Assembly (NCBI GenBank): GCA_040219255.1
Contig: JAVJSW010000042.1
Span: 96,001-160,000 of the forward strand
DNA: 64,000 nucleotides
Direction: 5' to 3'
Source: Sumerlaeia bacterium
Lineage (GTDB): Bacteria; Sumerlaeota; Sumerlaeia; SLMS01; JAHLLQ01
Shown here: piece after piece, positions 44,177-54,092 of the stretch
Position numbering within the stretch: position 1 is the stretch's first letter
How the letters are laid out: every line of letters starts with the position of its first letter
Program-made: the position numbers and the translations under genes
Notes under the pieces: model-generated
What the model was told of the DNA's origin: nothing
What the model saw: the letters and a program-made list of their open reading frames with translations, nothing else
The model's database searches: none

Positions 44177-45334
44177 ATGCCTTCGATCGTGCTCTACGTT
44201 CTGCCGCCCGCGCTCTTTTTCGCCGCCGCTTGGGCGATTTCCAACTTCTTGACCGATCGCTCCATCGCCCTGGCCAATCGCCGGGGCCTGCTGGCGCAGG
44301 TCAACGAACGTTCAAGCCACCGCGTTCCGACGCCCCGCGCGGGCGGCATCGGACTCTTCGGCGCCTTCGTTCCCCTGACCCTGCTCCTCGGGTTCCTTTA
44401 CGTCGTCATCCAGGAAAAAATCGTGCGCCTCTCCCCCGCCGAGCCCTTCGACTGGGCCGGCTATGGCGGCATGCTGGCGGCTGTGGCGCTGGCCTTCGCC
44501 CTCGGGCTCTGGGACGATCGGGGCGATCCGCCGGCGTTGGCGAAGCTCGCCGGTCAGCTCCTCATCGCCGCCATCGTGCCGCTCTCCGGCCTTTACCTCC
44601 GCCAGATTCAGATCCCCTTCGCCGGCGAGGTGGGCCTCCTCGAGGTCCCCAAAATCCTCGGCATCGCCGCCGCCTTCGTCTGGGTCCTCGTCATGATGAA
44701 CGTCGTGAACTTCATGGATGGCATCAATGGGCTGGCGGGGAATTTCGGATGGCTGGCGGGGCTGGGCATTCTGGTCTTCGCCTTCAACCTCCCCTTCGCC
44801 TACGACCTCGTCGTCCTCGGAGCGATCCTTTGCGGCGCGTCGCTCGGCTTTCTGCGGTGGAACGTGCCGGAAGCGAAGACCTTCCTGGGCGATTGCGGCA
44901 GTCAGCCGCTGGGCGCCATGGTGGCGGCAGCGGCCCTTCTGTTCAACAAACAGTGGTCCGGCAGCGTGTATCCGCAAAGCGGCCAGCAGATCCAGCTCTC
45001 CTTTCTCGCCCTTCTGATTCTGGCCAGCCCGCTGATTTTCGACGTCGCATTCACGCTGGTCAAACGGCTCGCCTCGGGAAAGAACGTCCTCCAGGCGCAC
45101 CGCGAACACCTCTATCAGCGCTACCTGATCGCCCGCGGGGAGAGGCACGAAGAGGCGCTGGCGCTGGTGCTCTCGACGCTCTATGGGGCGGGCATCTGCG
45201 CTTTGATCTGGGCGCGTTTCAGCGAACCGCATCAGGGAGCGTTTCGCGTGCTGGTTTTGTTTGCGCTATCGATAACTCTCTGGCTCTACTGGTTCCGCAC
45301 AGTCAAAGCGGAGCGGCAGGCCCGCCCGATCTAG
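44177..45334 (+). CDS. MraY/WecA family polyprenyl-phosphate sugar-1-phosphate transferase
   Basis: RSSHRVPTPRAGG, LGLWDD, NVVNFMDGINGL, FLGDCGS, AHREHLYQ. Confidence 0.9.
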   Translation: MPSIVLYVLPPALFFAAAWAISNFLTDRSIALANRRGLLAQVNERSSHRVPTPRAGGIGLFGAFVPLTLLLGFLYVVIQEKIVRLSPAEPFDWAGYGGMLAAVALAFALGLWDDRGDPPALAKLAGQLLIAAIVPLSGLYLRQIQIPFAGEVGLLEVPKILGIAAAFVWVLVMMNVVNFMDGINGLAGNFGWLAGLGILVFAFNLPFAYDLVVLGAILCGASLGFLRWNVPEAKTFLGDCGSQPLGAMVAAAALLFNKQWSGSVYPQSGQQIQLSFLALLILASPLIFDVAFTLVKRLASGKNVLQAHREHLYQRYLIARGERHEEALALVLSTLYGAGICALIWARFSEPHQGAFRVLVLFALSITLWLYWFRTVKAERQARPI

Positions 45335-45747
45335 AGCATACCCGAACCCTTGATGTCCGGCTCCTTGATTTCCAGAATGGCGTCGATGCAAACGCGGCAG
45401 CCACCGGGAAGGCCGGAAACCTGAACGGTGGTGCGGGCCGGCGGCAGGAAGAAAAAGTAGTCCTTGCTGACGGCGTCGAAGATGGGGAATTCGCGCAGAT
45501 CGACGAGATAGAGGCGAGTCGAGAGGATATGGCTCATTTCCGCCCCTGCTCCCTGGACGACAGCCGCCAGATTGTCGAGTGCCCGCTTGCACTGGGCTTT
45601 CATGTCGCCCTCGATGGGCCGCCCGGTTTTGGGGTCGAGGGGCAACTGACCGCTGATGTGGACCGTGTGGCCGAATTTGACGGCCTGGGCGAAATGTCCA
45701 AATGGAGCGGGAGCCAGTTCGGCGTGAATGGAGATTTTCTCGGGCAT
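45331..45747 (-). CDS. RidA/YjgF family protein
   Basis: APFGHFAQAV, ISGQLPLDP, PPARTTVQVSGLP. Confidence 0.88.
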   Translation of the reverse strand: MPEKISIHAELAPAPFGHFAQAVKFGHTVHISGQLPLDPKTGRPIEGDMKAQCKRALDNLAAVVQGAGAEMSHILSTRLYLVDLREFPIFDAVSKDYFFFLPPARTTVQVSGLPGGCRVCIDAILEIKEPDIKGSGML

Positions 45748-45986
45748 GGGTGGCGAACCTCGAACGGCGGGAAGTGAGAACCGAGTATGGGCGGGAGAAT
45801 GCCTGGGGGCAAGGATTTGTGACGGCGGGGCGGCAAGAAGCGCGAGTTGGGCTTGCGGACCGCAAAGCGCTTCAACATGGTCCTTGCCAAGAATACTTCC
45901 GATAAGAGAGAAGACTTTTTAAAAGGACGAGAAGAATCCCTCTTTTCGTCCCACTCTTTCGGCAACACGAGAAGGTGAATGCTTCC

Positions 45987-47108
45987 ATGGCACAGGTCAT
46001 CCTGAAGAACATCGAGAAAATCTACCCCGGCAACGTGAAGGCCGTGGACAACGTGAATCTGGAGATCCAGGACAAAGAGTTCATCGTCCTGGTGGGTCCA
46101 TCCGGCTGCGGCAAGTCCACGACGCTGCGCATGGTCGCCGGTCTCGAGGAAATCAGCTCTGGCACCATCACTATCGGTGACCGGGTGGTGAACGACGTTC
46201 CGCCCAAGGATCGCGACATCGCGATGGTTTTCCAGAACTACGCCCTCTATCCCCACATGTCGGTCTACAAGAACATGGCCTTCGGCCTCAAGCTGCGCAA
46301 GTTCCCCAAGGACCAGATCGACAAGCGCGTCAAAGAAGCGGCGGAAATCCTCGGCATCACTCACCTTCTCGACCGCAAGCCGAAAGCCCTGTCCGGCGGC
46401 CAGCGCCAGCGCGTCGCCGTCGGCCGCGCCATCGTCCGCCAGCCCCAGGTCTTCCTTTTCGACGAACCGCTCTCCAACCTCGACGCCAAACTCCGCGTCC
46501 AGATGCGCGTTGAAATCAGCAAGCTCCACGCCCGTCTCAACTCGACCATGATCTACGTCACCCACGACCAGATCGAGGCCATGACCATGGGCGATCGCAT
46601 CGTGGTCATGAAGGACGGCATCATCCAGCAGGTCGCCGATCCGATTACCCTCTACGATCAGCCGGTGAACAAGTTCGTCGCCGGCTTTATCGGCACTCCG
46701 CCCATGAACTTCCTCGAGGGCGAACTGACCGGCGACGGCGACAATCTGACTTTCACGGAAGCCTCCGGCCCCGTCATCGCCATCCCGCCCGCCCTTCAGG
46801 CCAAGCTCAAGGAAGCCAACGTTCCCAAGGGCCCGATCACCATGGGTGTGCGTCCCGAGGACTTCCACGACGAGAACGAACTGACCGCCGAACGCGACCG
46901 CGAAGGCTTTCAGGAAATCAAGCCCCGCGTGGAAATCATCGAGCCCATGGGCTCGGAAATCTATCTCTACCTGACCACCGGCAAGAACCCCTTCGTCGCC
47001 CGCATCGGGCCGCACGTGAAGTGCGAAATCGACGAGGTCAAGCCGCTGCTCATCAACATGAACAAGGTCCACTTCTTCGACCCGGAGACGGAAAAGACCC
47101 TGACCTGA
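45987..47108 (+). CDS. Sugar ABC transporter ATP-binding protein (MalK/MsmX/UgpC family), stand-alone
   Basis: GPSGCGKST, VFQNYALYPH, LSGGQRQR, DEPLSNLD, VTHDQ, FVAGFIGTP. Confidence 0.93.
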   Translation: MAQVILKNIEKIYPGNVKAVDNVNLEIQDKEFIVLVGPSGCGKSTTLRMVAGLEEISSGTITIGDRVVNDVPPKDRDIAMVFQNYALYPHMSVYKNMAFGLKLRKFPKDQIDKRVKEAAEILGITHLLDRKPKALSGGQRQRVAVGRAIVRQPQVFLFDEPLSNLDAKLRVQMRVEISKLHARLNSTMIYVTHDQIEAMTMGDRIVVMKDGIIQQVADPITLYDQPVNKFVAGFIGTPPMNFLEGELTGDGDNLTFTEASGPVIAIPPALQAKLKEANVPKGPITMGVRPEDFHDENELTAERDREGFQEIKPRVEIIEPMGSEIYLYLTTGKNPFVARIGPHVKCEIDEVKPLLINMNKVHFFDPETEKTLT

Positions 47109-47137
47109 TCGCCCAGCGCTCACGGCTCCTTTTCACG

Positions 47138-47175
47138 CAAGCGTCCCTCCACCGCCGAGGGGCGCTTGTTCCTTT
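47138..47175 (+). terminator. Putative intrinsic terminator
   Basis: CAAGCGTCCCTC-caccgcc-GAGGGGCGCTTG then TTCCTTT. Confidence 0.55.
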
Positions 47176-47264
47176 AAGACCAAAGTGGAGCTGACGCCGA
47201 ACGCGCCGCGTCCCAAACTTTCCCTTCCCGGCACAGTCCCATTCCATATCCAAATCCTGCTGGA

Positions 47265-48776
47265 GTGCTCCGCCCCTTGCGTACAATCCTCACTCTTCTC
47301 GCCGCTCTCCTTCTTCCCGTGGCCGCCCTCGCCCAACCCTCGGCGGCGCGCACCGCTCCGATTCTCGGCATCGAGCACCGCCCCCCCGTGTCGCGAGAGG
47401 ACCTCACCCGTCTGCCCCCGCCCCATGCAGTGCCCACCTGGCAAGCTCCCCTTCCTTTCGCACCCGATCACCTGTGGGTCGCGGGGGGGCACGTTTTCCT
47501 TTTGAGCGAAGCGGCCGGCGGCCAGGCGCGGCTGGCCACTGCCCCCCTCGGCGAGTCGGGTCCACTCGAGCCCGTCGATGGCGAGCCGCTCTGGAAAGCC
47601 GACACGCTGGATCGGCCTTGGCCGGAATCCGCCACCATTCTCCCGGCGGGCGGTTCGCTCTGGGCCTTCGACCCGGAGCGGGGCACCGTCGCTCGCTCGA
47701 ACGCCCTCGGCGTGGGCAGGGGCCAGCAGGGGGCGCCGTCCCTCGCTGAATGGAAAACCGTGAACGAAAATCTGCCCTTTCAGTCCGTCGAAGCCGCAGA
47801 GGTCGCGCTCGATACGCTCTTCGTCCTGGGCCGGGTCCAGGGCGATCCGACAGTCGGGGCGCTGCCGCTCCACCAGACCGGCGGGCCGTGGCGTCTGAGC
47901 CTTCCCCTCCCAGGCTATCGCTCCGCAGCCGGGTTGATGATCACGGACAATCGCCGCGTTTACGTGGTGGGAGGAAACACCGAGACCAGCGTGGGGTTTC
48001 TCGCCCACATGGACTCCTATTACGCCGAGGTCGAACCGGCCACCGCGGCGCTGAGCAGTTGGGCTCTGGCGCCACAGCGCCTGCCAAATCGCTCCGGCGC
48101 GACCGCCTTGCGGCAGATGAACGCGCTCTACGTCGCTCTCGGGGACTATTCGAAGACCCTGGACGACGAGACCAAGACGTCGCAAACGCTGGTCTACACG
48201 CAGCTTCGCGGCGGCGAGACGCTGGCCCTTTGGAAGGAAGTTCCTCTCGCCTCGGCGCCCCTCGAGACGATCCGCATGGCGCTCGATCCTCAGAACCACC
48301 AACTCCTTCTCGTGGAACCGGGCGAGGACGAGGAACCGGTCCTGCGCGCCTACACGATGCCCCGCACGCAAGCGATGGTGACCGAAGCACTGACCGAGTT
48401 GCCCGAGCCCGAAGTCCTGAAAAAAATCAAGTTACCTCTCGTCGAGTACGAGACAGCGCTCCGCCGCGCCGCCGGCCAGGGCCAGCACGTCTTCGTGCTG
48501 CTGCTGCCCGGCACGAGCGAAGAGGTGCGCGAGGCCGCGGACTGGTACATCAATTTCCGCGACACGCGCGCCATGCTCGAAGGCACCGTCTGCACGGCTC
48601 CCGCCGGTGAGACGCGCGATCAGCTGCAGAAGGAATGGGCCCTGCCGGAATTACCCGCTTACGTCCTGATCAATCCCGAGGGCGAGCGTGTCCAAACGCA
48701 CCGCGGGGACCTGGAACCGCCCGGCCTGTTTCAGATGCTCCAGCCGATGTGGCTGGGAAAGACGACAGACCGCTAA
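47265..48776 (+). CDS. Exported protein with Kelch-like repeats and C-terminal thioredoxin-like fold lacking CxxC
   Basis: Signal peptide ending AALA; RVYVVGG Kelch-like motif; YETALRRAAGQGQHVFV...LPAYVLINPEGE. Confidence 0.55.
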   Translation: MLRPLRTILTLLAALLLPVAALAQPSAARTAPILGIEHRPPVSREDLTRLPPPHAVPTWQAPLPFAPDHLWVAGGHVFLLSEAAGGQARLATAPLGESGPLEPVDGEPLWKADTLDRPWPESATILPAGGSLWAFDPERGTVARSNALGVGRGQQGAPSLAEWKTVNENLPFQSVEAAEVALDTLFVLGRVQGDPTVGALPLHQTGGPWRLSLPLPGYRSAAGLMITDNRRVYVVGGNTETSVGFLAHMDSYYAEVEPATAALSSWALAPQRLPNRSGATALRQMNALYVALGDYSKTLDDETKTSQTLVYTQLRGGETLALWKEVPLASAPLETIRMALDPQNHQLLLVEPGEDEEPVLRAYTMPRTQAMVTEALTELPEPEVLKKIKLPLVEYETALRRAAGQGQHVFVLLLPGTSEEVREAADWYINFRDTRAMLEGTVCTAPAGETRDQLQKEWALPELPAYVLINPEGERVQTHRGDLEPPGLFQMLQPMWLGKTTDR

Positions 48777-49372
48777 AGATCCTGAGTCGCGGTGATCAAC
48801 TCGCGAACCACCCGCAGTGGCTCCTCCGCGTCCTTCAGATCGTGAAAAGCCACCGGACCCGCCAAGCCCTCAGGCAGCAGCGCGTCCACGCCGGAATGGT
48901 CGAGGAGCGCCTGATACGGCTTCACATCGCCAAAGCGAAGCGTTTCCCTCCGCTCCGGTTCGACGATCCGGTGGACGTTGCGCAAGCTGGCCGCTTCGAC
49001 CCGCCGCACTCGCCGCCGGGGCGACAGAGTCACCGACAGCACGCCCCGGTCCGTGATACCGTAGGCGGTGTTCTCCGCGGCGATTCGCTTCACCGTGAAC
49101 CGGCCCCACACCATATAAGCCGCGATCACCACAAACGGCAGCCACAGCAGCGGCAGGAACAAGAATCGCCCCTGTGTGAGGAAGACCAGCACCACCGCCC
49201 CGAACCACAGCAAGCCGACTCCGGCCGCGATGGTCTGGCAGAATGGCACGAAGACCGCGTCCACTTTGCGGAAGCGCGCCCTTGGGTCGGGCTGCCCGGC
49301 CCAGAGCAATTCCTCTCCCGGGGCGAGATGGGGTTCGAGTCGTCGTCGCGCGGCGCGCAGGGGATCGGTCAT
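48773..49372 (-). CDS. Membrane protein, bacterial PH-domain-like
   Basis: LAPGEELLWAGQP, two TM helices, TAYGITDRGV. Confidence 0.65.
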   Translation of the reverse strand: MTDPLRAARRRLEPHLAPGEELLWAGQPDPRARFRKVDAVFVPFCQTIAAGVGLLWFGAVVLVFLTQGRFLFLPLLWLPFVVIAAYMVWGRFTVKRIAAENTAYGITDRGVLSVTLSPRRRVRRVEAASLRNVHRIVEPERRETLRFGDVKPYQALLDHSGVDALLPEGLAGPVAFHDLKDAEEPLRVVRELITATQDL

Positions 49373-49444
49373 GGGCGGGAGGCCAACGGCGGGCTGAGTA
49401 TCGTTTCGGACACCCCACCTGAAAACCGCCACCCCACCACCGCG

Positions 49445-50839
49445 TCAAGCCTGCCGCGCCGCCGGAGCTTCGGCGGCGATGCGTTCCTGTTCGCGAAGGC
49501 CCGTGGCCTGGGCCTGGCGCGAAGAGGAGCGATGCAATCCGAGTTGCACATAATCGTGCGGAAAAATCGCCGACAACGTCCAGTCCACGAACACGCGGCT
49601 GCGGCGCGACCACGTTGGCATCAGCGACAGGTAGGCCATCCGCCACAGCAGCCACGCGAAGAATCCGGAAAACTGCGCGCCCTTCAGGTCCGCCACGGCG
49701 TTATGATTGCCGATGGCCGCCATCATGCCCTTGCTCTTGATGTCGGTCGTTTCCGTGGGCTGACCCCTGAGCGCCAAGGCGATATTCGCGGCGCACTGCT
49801 TGCCCTGGCGCGTCGCGTGCTGAGCCGTCGGGGGATAGGCGTTCCCTTGCGCGTCCTTGATTTGCGCCGAGTCGCCGATGGCCCACACGTTCGGATAGCC
49901 CACTACGCGGCAATCGCGCTCGCAGAGCACGTACCCCCTCGGCGACTTCGGAAAGCCCATCTTCTCGATCATCGGGCTTGGCTGAATCCCCGCCGCCCAC
50001 ACCACGGTGCGCGTCTCGAGCCGGTCGCCGTCCTTGAGGATCACATGATCCTCCGCGATTTCCGTGGTGGTGTTTTCCAGCCGGAACCGGATGCCGCGCT
50101 TTTTCATCGCCGCCATGGCCTGGCGTGCCAGTTTCGGCTCCATCGTCGGCAGAATCTTGTCCGACAGCTCGATCAGCGTCGTCTTGATTTCATCCGGCCG
50201 GATCGACGGATAGCGCTTCTTCACCGCCTTGCGCATGAAGGCGTTCAGTTCGCCCGCCACCTCGATGCCGGTGTAATTCCCGCCCACCACCACGGTGTGC
50301 AGCAGCGCCTCGCGCTTGACCGGATCGCTGATGTTCTCGGCCATCTCCAGGCGCCGTATGGCCCCATCCCGCAGCGCCACCGCGTCGCCGAGCGTCTTCA
50401 TTTCGAAGGCGTGCTCCTTCAGCCCCGGAATGCCCTTGGGCATGCGGGTGACGCTGCCGAGCGCGAACACCAAGTGGTCGTAGTAAAGCCGGAAATCTTC
50501 CTCCACCCCCACCAGGCGGTAGGTGATATATTGCTCCTCCAGATCGGCGTTCATCACACGCGCCATCTTGAATTCCGTCCCCTTGACGAAATGCCGGATG
50601 GACACGGTGGTGTGGCGTGGCTCGATCTCGCCCGTGCTGGCTTCGAACAGCAGCGGGTAGAAGATGAAGTAGTTGTTCATGTCGATCAGCGTCACCTCCG
50701 CGTCGAGGCCCTTGAGCTTCTTGCGGAGATGCTGGGCGCAATACGCCCCGGCGAATCCGCCGCCGATGACGACGATTCGCTGCGTTCCCGAGTCGTTCCC
50801 GCGGCCCGTGGCCGCTGTCGGTTCTTGCTGAGTGCTCAT
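49445..50839 (-). CDS. ndh: Type II NADH:quinone oxidoreductase
   Basis: VIGGGFAG, FYPLLFE, YDHLVFALG, VWAAG, WAIGD, PPTAQHA, SGFFAWLLWR. Confidence 0.88.
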   Translation of the reverse strand: MSTQQEPTAATGRGNDSGTQRIVVIGGGFAGAYCAQHLRKKLKGLDAEVTLIDMNNYFIFYPLLFEASTGEIEPRHTTVSIRHFVKGTEFKMARVMNADLEEQYITYRLVGVEEDFRLYYDHLVFALGSVTRMPKGIPGLKEHAFEMKTLGDAVALRDGAIRRLEMAENISDPVKREALLHTVVVGGNYTGIEVAGELNAFMRKAVKKRYPSIRPDEIKTTLIELSDKILPTMEPKLARQAMAAMKKRGIRFRLENTTTEIAEDHVILKDGDRLETRTVVWAAGIQPSPMIEKMGFPKSPRGYVLCERDCRVVGYPNVWAIGDSAQIKDAQGNAYPPTAQHATRQGKQCAANIALALRGQPTETTDIKSKGMMAAIGNHNAVADLKGAQFSGFFAWLLWRMAYLSLMPTWSRRSRVFVDWTLSAIFPHDYVQLGLHRSSSRQAQATGLREQERIAAEAPAARQA

Positions 50840-50937
50840 TGATCGCTTCCTTACAGTCGGTTGTCTAACCGATGGAAAATCAGTACGGAAGCGATAGAAT
50901 GCAAGACCCGTGCAAAGCGGATCGATGGGGGCCGGAA

Positions 50938-52077
50938 TCAGGCCAGGGCGGGGGTTTCTTCGGCTGCCGGGGAGACGAGATCGTAGGTGCTGGTGCGTTC
51001 GACCGGTTCCCGGCCGCAATCGTGGATCAGACGGCGCATGTCGGCCACGCTCAACGCCTGCGGGGTTTCCGCCCCCGCGTCATGATAGATTTCCTCGTGC
51101 GTCACCGTGCCGTCCATATCGTTGGCGCCAAACCACTGAGCCAACTGGGCTTGCTTGATCCCCAGCATGATCCAGTAGGCCTTGATGTGCGGGATGTTGT
51201 CGAGGAGCAGCCGGCTGACTGCGATGTTGCGCAGCTCGTCGAAGCCAGTCGGCCCCGGCAGATGGCTCAGCACCGTGTTGGCGGGATGGAAACTCAACGG
51301 AATGAAGCACTGAAAACCCGGGCCACCGCGCTCCACATCGGCGCCGAACTCGTCCTGGTGGGCCCGCAGACGCAGCAGGTGATCGACTCGGTGGCGCGGT
51401 TCCTCCACGTGCCCGATCAGCATCGTGCAGTTGCTCCGCAACCCCCGCCGGTGCAACGCCCGGTGCGTGTCGAACCATCCCGTGGCATCGCACTTGTGCT
51501 CGCAAAGCTGATCGCGCACTTCGTCGTCGAAAATCTCCGCCCCGCCGCCCGGCATCGAATCCATCCCGGCCTCGTGCAGCCGCTCGATGACCTGATCGAT
51601 GGTCAGCTTGCTCATCTTGGCGATGAAGACCACCTCCACCGGCGTCAGGGTTTTGATGTGGATCTGCGGGAAGGCGGCCTTCAGGGCGCCGATGTAACCG
51701 CAGTAATACTCGATCTTCAGCCGCGGATCGAGCCCCCCGACCAGGTGAATCTCCGTGCAGCCCCGGGGCATCTGGGCCCGGGCGCGTTCCACGATTTGCT
51801 CCGGCGTCAGGATGTAGCTCTTCTCGTCGAAGGCCTTTCGCCCGAACGCGCAGAACCGGCACGACATGAAGCACGTGTTTGTCGGGTTGATGTGCATGTT
51901 GATGTTGTAATAGGTCGTCCGGCCGTGGCGCTTTTCCCGGACCCAGTTGGCCATCGCCCCCAGGCTCGGCAGGTCGTGGCTCGCGTACAACGCCAGCCCG
52001 TCCTCGAACGTCAGACGCTCTCCCGCCAGGACTTTGGCGGCGATGGGCTCGAGCTGGGGATCGGAAACGGGAATCAT
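50938..52077 (-). CDS. mqnE: Aminofutalosine synthase (radical SAM, futalosine menaquinone pathway)
   Basis: TNTCFMSCRFC, EIHLVGG, MPGGGAEIF, HIKAYWIMLG, EEIYHDAGA. Confidence 0.88.
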   Translation of the reverse strand: MIPVSDPQLEPIAAKVLAGERLTFEDGLALYASHDLPSLGAMANWVREKRHGRTTYYNINMHINPTNTCFMSCRFCAFGRKAFDEKSYILTPEQIVERARAQMPRGCTEIHLVGGLDPRLKIEYYCGYIGALKAAFPQIHIKTLTPVEVVFIAKMSKLTIDQVIERLHEAGMDSMPGGGAEIFDDEVRDQLCEHKCDATGWFDTHRALHRRGLRSNCTMLIGHVEEPRHRVDHLLRLRAHQDEFGADVERGGPGFQCFIPLSFHPANTVLSHLPGPTGFDELRNIAVSRLLLDNIPHIKAYWIMLGIKQAQLAQWFGANDMDGTVTHEEIYHDAGAETPQALSVADMRRLIHDCGREPVERTSTYDLVSPAAEETPALA

Positions 52078-52144
52078 GGACGGGATGGGTCACTCCGGAA
52101 GTCGGACTTTGTGAAAGTTTTCACGAGCAAGAACAGGACCGGCC

Positions 52145-52801
52145 TTAGCCCGCCGCCATCACCCGCGCCAGCATCGGCTCCACCTCGGCCCGCACCCGCT
52201 CGGTGATCGCGTCCAGCGGAGCCTCGGCGTCGATGTGGCGAAAGTGGGAGCCTTCCAGCCCATCGAAAATCTCGCGCACGCGCACCAGCGACTCGCGCTT
52301 CTCGAACAGATCCTGACCCGATGCATGCCGCGAGCAGACCCTCTCCAGCGCCACATCCACCGGCAGCGTGAACACCAGCACGAGGTCGGGGCGCGGGGCG
52401 ATGGCTTCGTTGGCGCGAAGGATTTCCGCCGGGTCCAGGCCCAGCGCCCCCTGATACGCCATCGATGAAATGTAGTAGCGATCCATCAGGACCACCTCGC
52501 CGCGGGCGAGGGCGGGACCGATGCGCTCGCGCACGTCCCACGCGCGGTCCTCCAGAAACAACTCGAACTCGCGCCGCGGCGTCAGCTCATCCCGCCCCGC
52601 CTTGGCCAGGCGCCGGATCTCCAGGCCGACGGGCCCGGGCGTCGGTTCGTGAAACACGGACACGGGAAAACCTTTGCTCCCCAGCCACTCCGCCAGCAGT
52701 TTGGCCTGGGTCGATTTTCCGGCGCCGTCGATACCCTCGAACGCCACCAGCAACCCCCGGCGTTCTGAGGCGTGATGGGCTGCGGAAGCGTCGATGTCCA
52801 T
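52145..52801 (-). CDS. tmk: Thymidylate kinase
   Basis: FEGIDGAGKSTQ, HEP, MDRYYISSMAYQG, PDL. Confidence 0.93.
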   Translation of the reverse strand: MDIDASAAHHASERRGLLVAFEGIDGAGKSTQAKLLAEWLGSKGFPVSVFHEPTPGPVGLEIRRLAKAGRDELTPRREFELFLEDRAWDVRERIGPALARGEVVLMDRYYISSMAYQGALGLDPAEILRANEAIAPRPDLVLVFTLPVDVALERVCSRHASGQDLFEKRESLVRVREIFDGLEGSHFRHIDAEAPLDAITERVRAEVEPMLARVMAAG

Positions 52802-52892
52802 GAATTCTCCGGCCGGGGGCGAAAGTCCGAAGGACTGTGCGCGGCGGGCCTTGGGCACGTCAAGCGGACAGCACGCCCCGTTCCGGGGGCAA

Positions 52893-53117
52893 AACCACAG
52901 CGTGTCACAGAGGGCAGAGGTTTCACAGAGTTTTCAAAGAAGAAGCTCCCATGAGTCGAACACGCAGACCAGTTAATTCAATATTCATGAAAATGTATCG
53001 CAGGTGAGGAAAACGATCTTGAATTTCCAACGCATCTCACTTAAATCGACATTCTACTCCGGGGATACACCCTCGCCCCCCTTTGCACCTTTGAATCTTT
53101 GCTTCTTTGCGTTAGAA
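52893..53117. repeat. Intergenic periodic-arm element E
   Basis: Left AACCACAGCGTGTCACAGAGGGCAGAGGTTTCACAGAG; AT-rich core; right CTTTGCAC-CTTTGAAT-CTTTGCTT-CTTTGCGT-TAGAA. Confidence 0.75.
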
Positions 53118-53161
53118 TCCTGCCACCCCCAACGCCAATGCCTCCCGGCCAGCGCCCCGCG

Positions 53162-54067
53162 ATGAAAGTCACCCTGATTCTCAACGGCAACAGCCTGCGC
53201 GGCAAGAGCGACGGCCTACCCCAGACCTTGCGGTCCATCTGCGAGAACCGCGGTCATCGTGTGCGCCTCGGCGTGTCCCGGTCTCTCCCCCATTTTCGCG
53301 AAATGATGCGCCGCGCCATCGCCGGCCGGCCGGACGTGATCCTGGTCGGCGGCGGCGATGGCACCTTCCATCATGCTATCAACGTCCCCGGCGCCGAGAC
53401 GGTGCCCATGGCCCCCCTGCCTATCGGCACTATCAACGCCTTTCAGCGCGCCGCCGGGCTGACCGCGCTCAAGCCCCCCGACGCCTTGCGGGCGTTGCTC
53501 GGGGGCGCCATCGTCGAGGGCTGGTGCGGAATCCTGGCGGACAAGCGCTTCGCCTGCTTTGCCAGCCTCGGCTTCGACGCCCGCGCGATTCATCGCAACC
53601 CGTTGTGGCTCAAGGACATGATGCGCGCCGGCAGCTTCCTCGTCACCGGCACCCGCCTTCTCGCCAGCAGCGTCCGCGACTCCTGCCCGGGCACACTCTC
53701 CTTCGACCGGCGCGACCTGCGATTCCCGGCGGCGTCGGTGCTGATTTCAAAGATTCAGAACTACGCCGGGTTCTCCTGCTTCGGCGCCAGCTTCGAAAAG
53801 CCCCGCCTGGAAGCCGTCTTCACCGCCACCGACTCCGCGAAAACCTTAATGCAGATGGCGTCCTACCTGGGGGCTCGTGGTCCCGTGTATGGCGACCCAG
53901 TGCCCAACGGCTTGGTCCACGTCCGCCGGTTCCGCGAAGCCCGCTGGCGATCGCCCTGCCCGACCCTGGTACAGCTTGACGGCGAGGCCATCCTTTTCGA
54001 AGACACCTGCCGCCTGAAAATCGGCCTCGACCCCAGGCGCCAGCGCTACCTTGTCCCCGCCGATTGA
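53162..54067 (+). CDS. Diacylglycerol kinase (YegS/DAGK) family lipid kinase
   Basis: GGGDGT, PIGTINAF, GFDA, QLDGE. Confidence 0.85.
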   Translation: MKVTLILNGNSLRGKSDGLPQTLRSICENRGHRVRLGVSRSLPHFREMMRRAIAGRPDVILVGGGDGTFHHAINVPGAETVPMAPLPIGTINAFQRAAGLTALKPPDALRALLGGAIVEGWCGILADKRFACFASLGFDARAIHRNPLWLKDMMRAGSFLVTGTRLLASSVRDSCPGTLSFDRRDLRFPAASVLISKIQNYAGFSCFGASFEKPRLEAVFTATDSAKTLMQMASYLGARGPVYGDPVPNGLVHVRRFREARWRSPCPTLVQLDGEAILFEDTCRLKIGLDPRRQRYLVPAD

Positions 54068-54092
54068 TCCCGGCCCGAAGCAGCCCCCGCCT

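Noticed and set aside
16691-53117. Reading the periodic-arm elements as CRISPR repeats/spacers or integron attC sites
   Set aside because: They are dispersed, not tandem; there are no identical direct repeats, no cas or intI gene and no RYYYAAC/GTTRRRY ends
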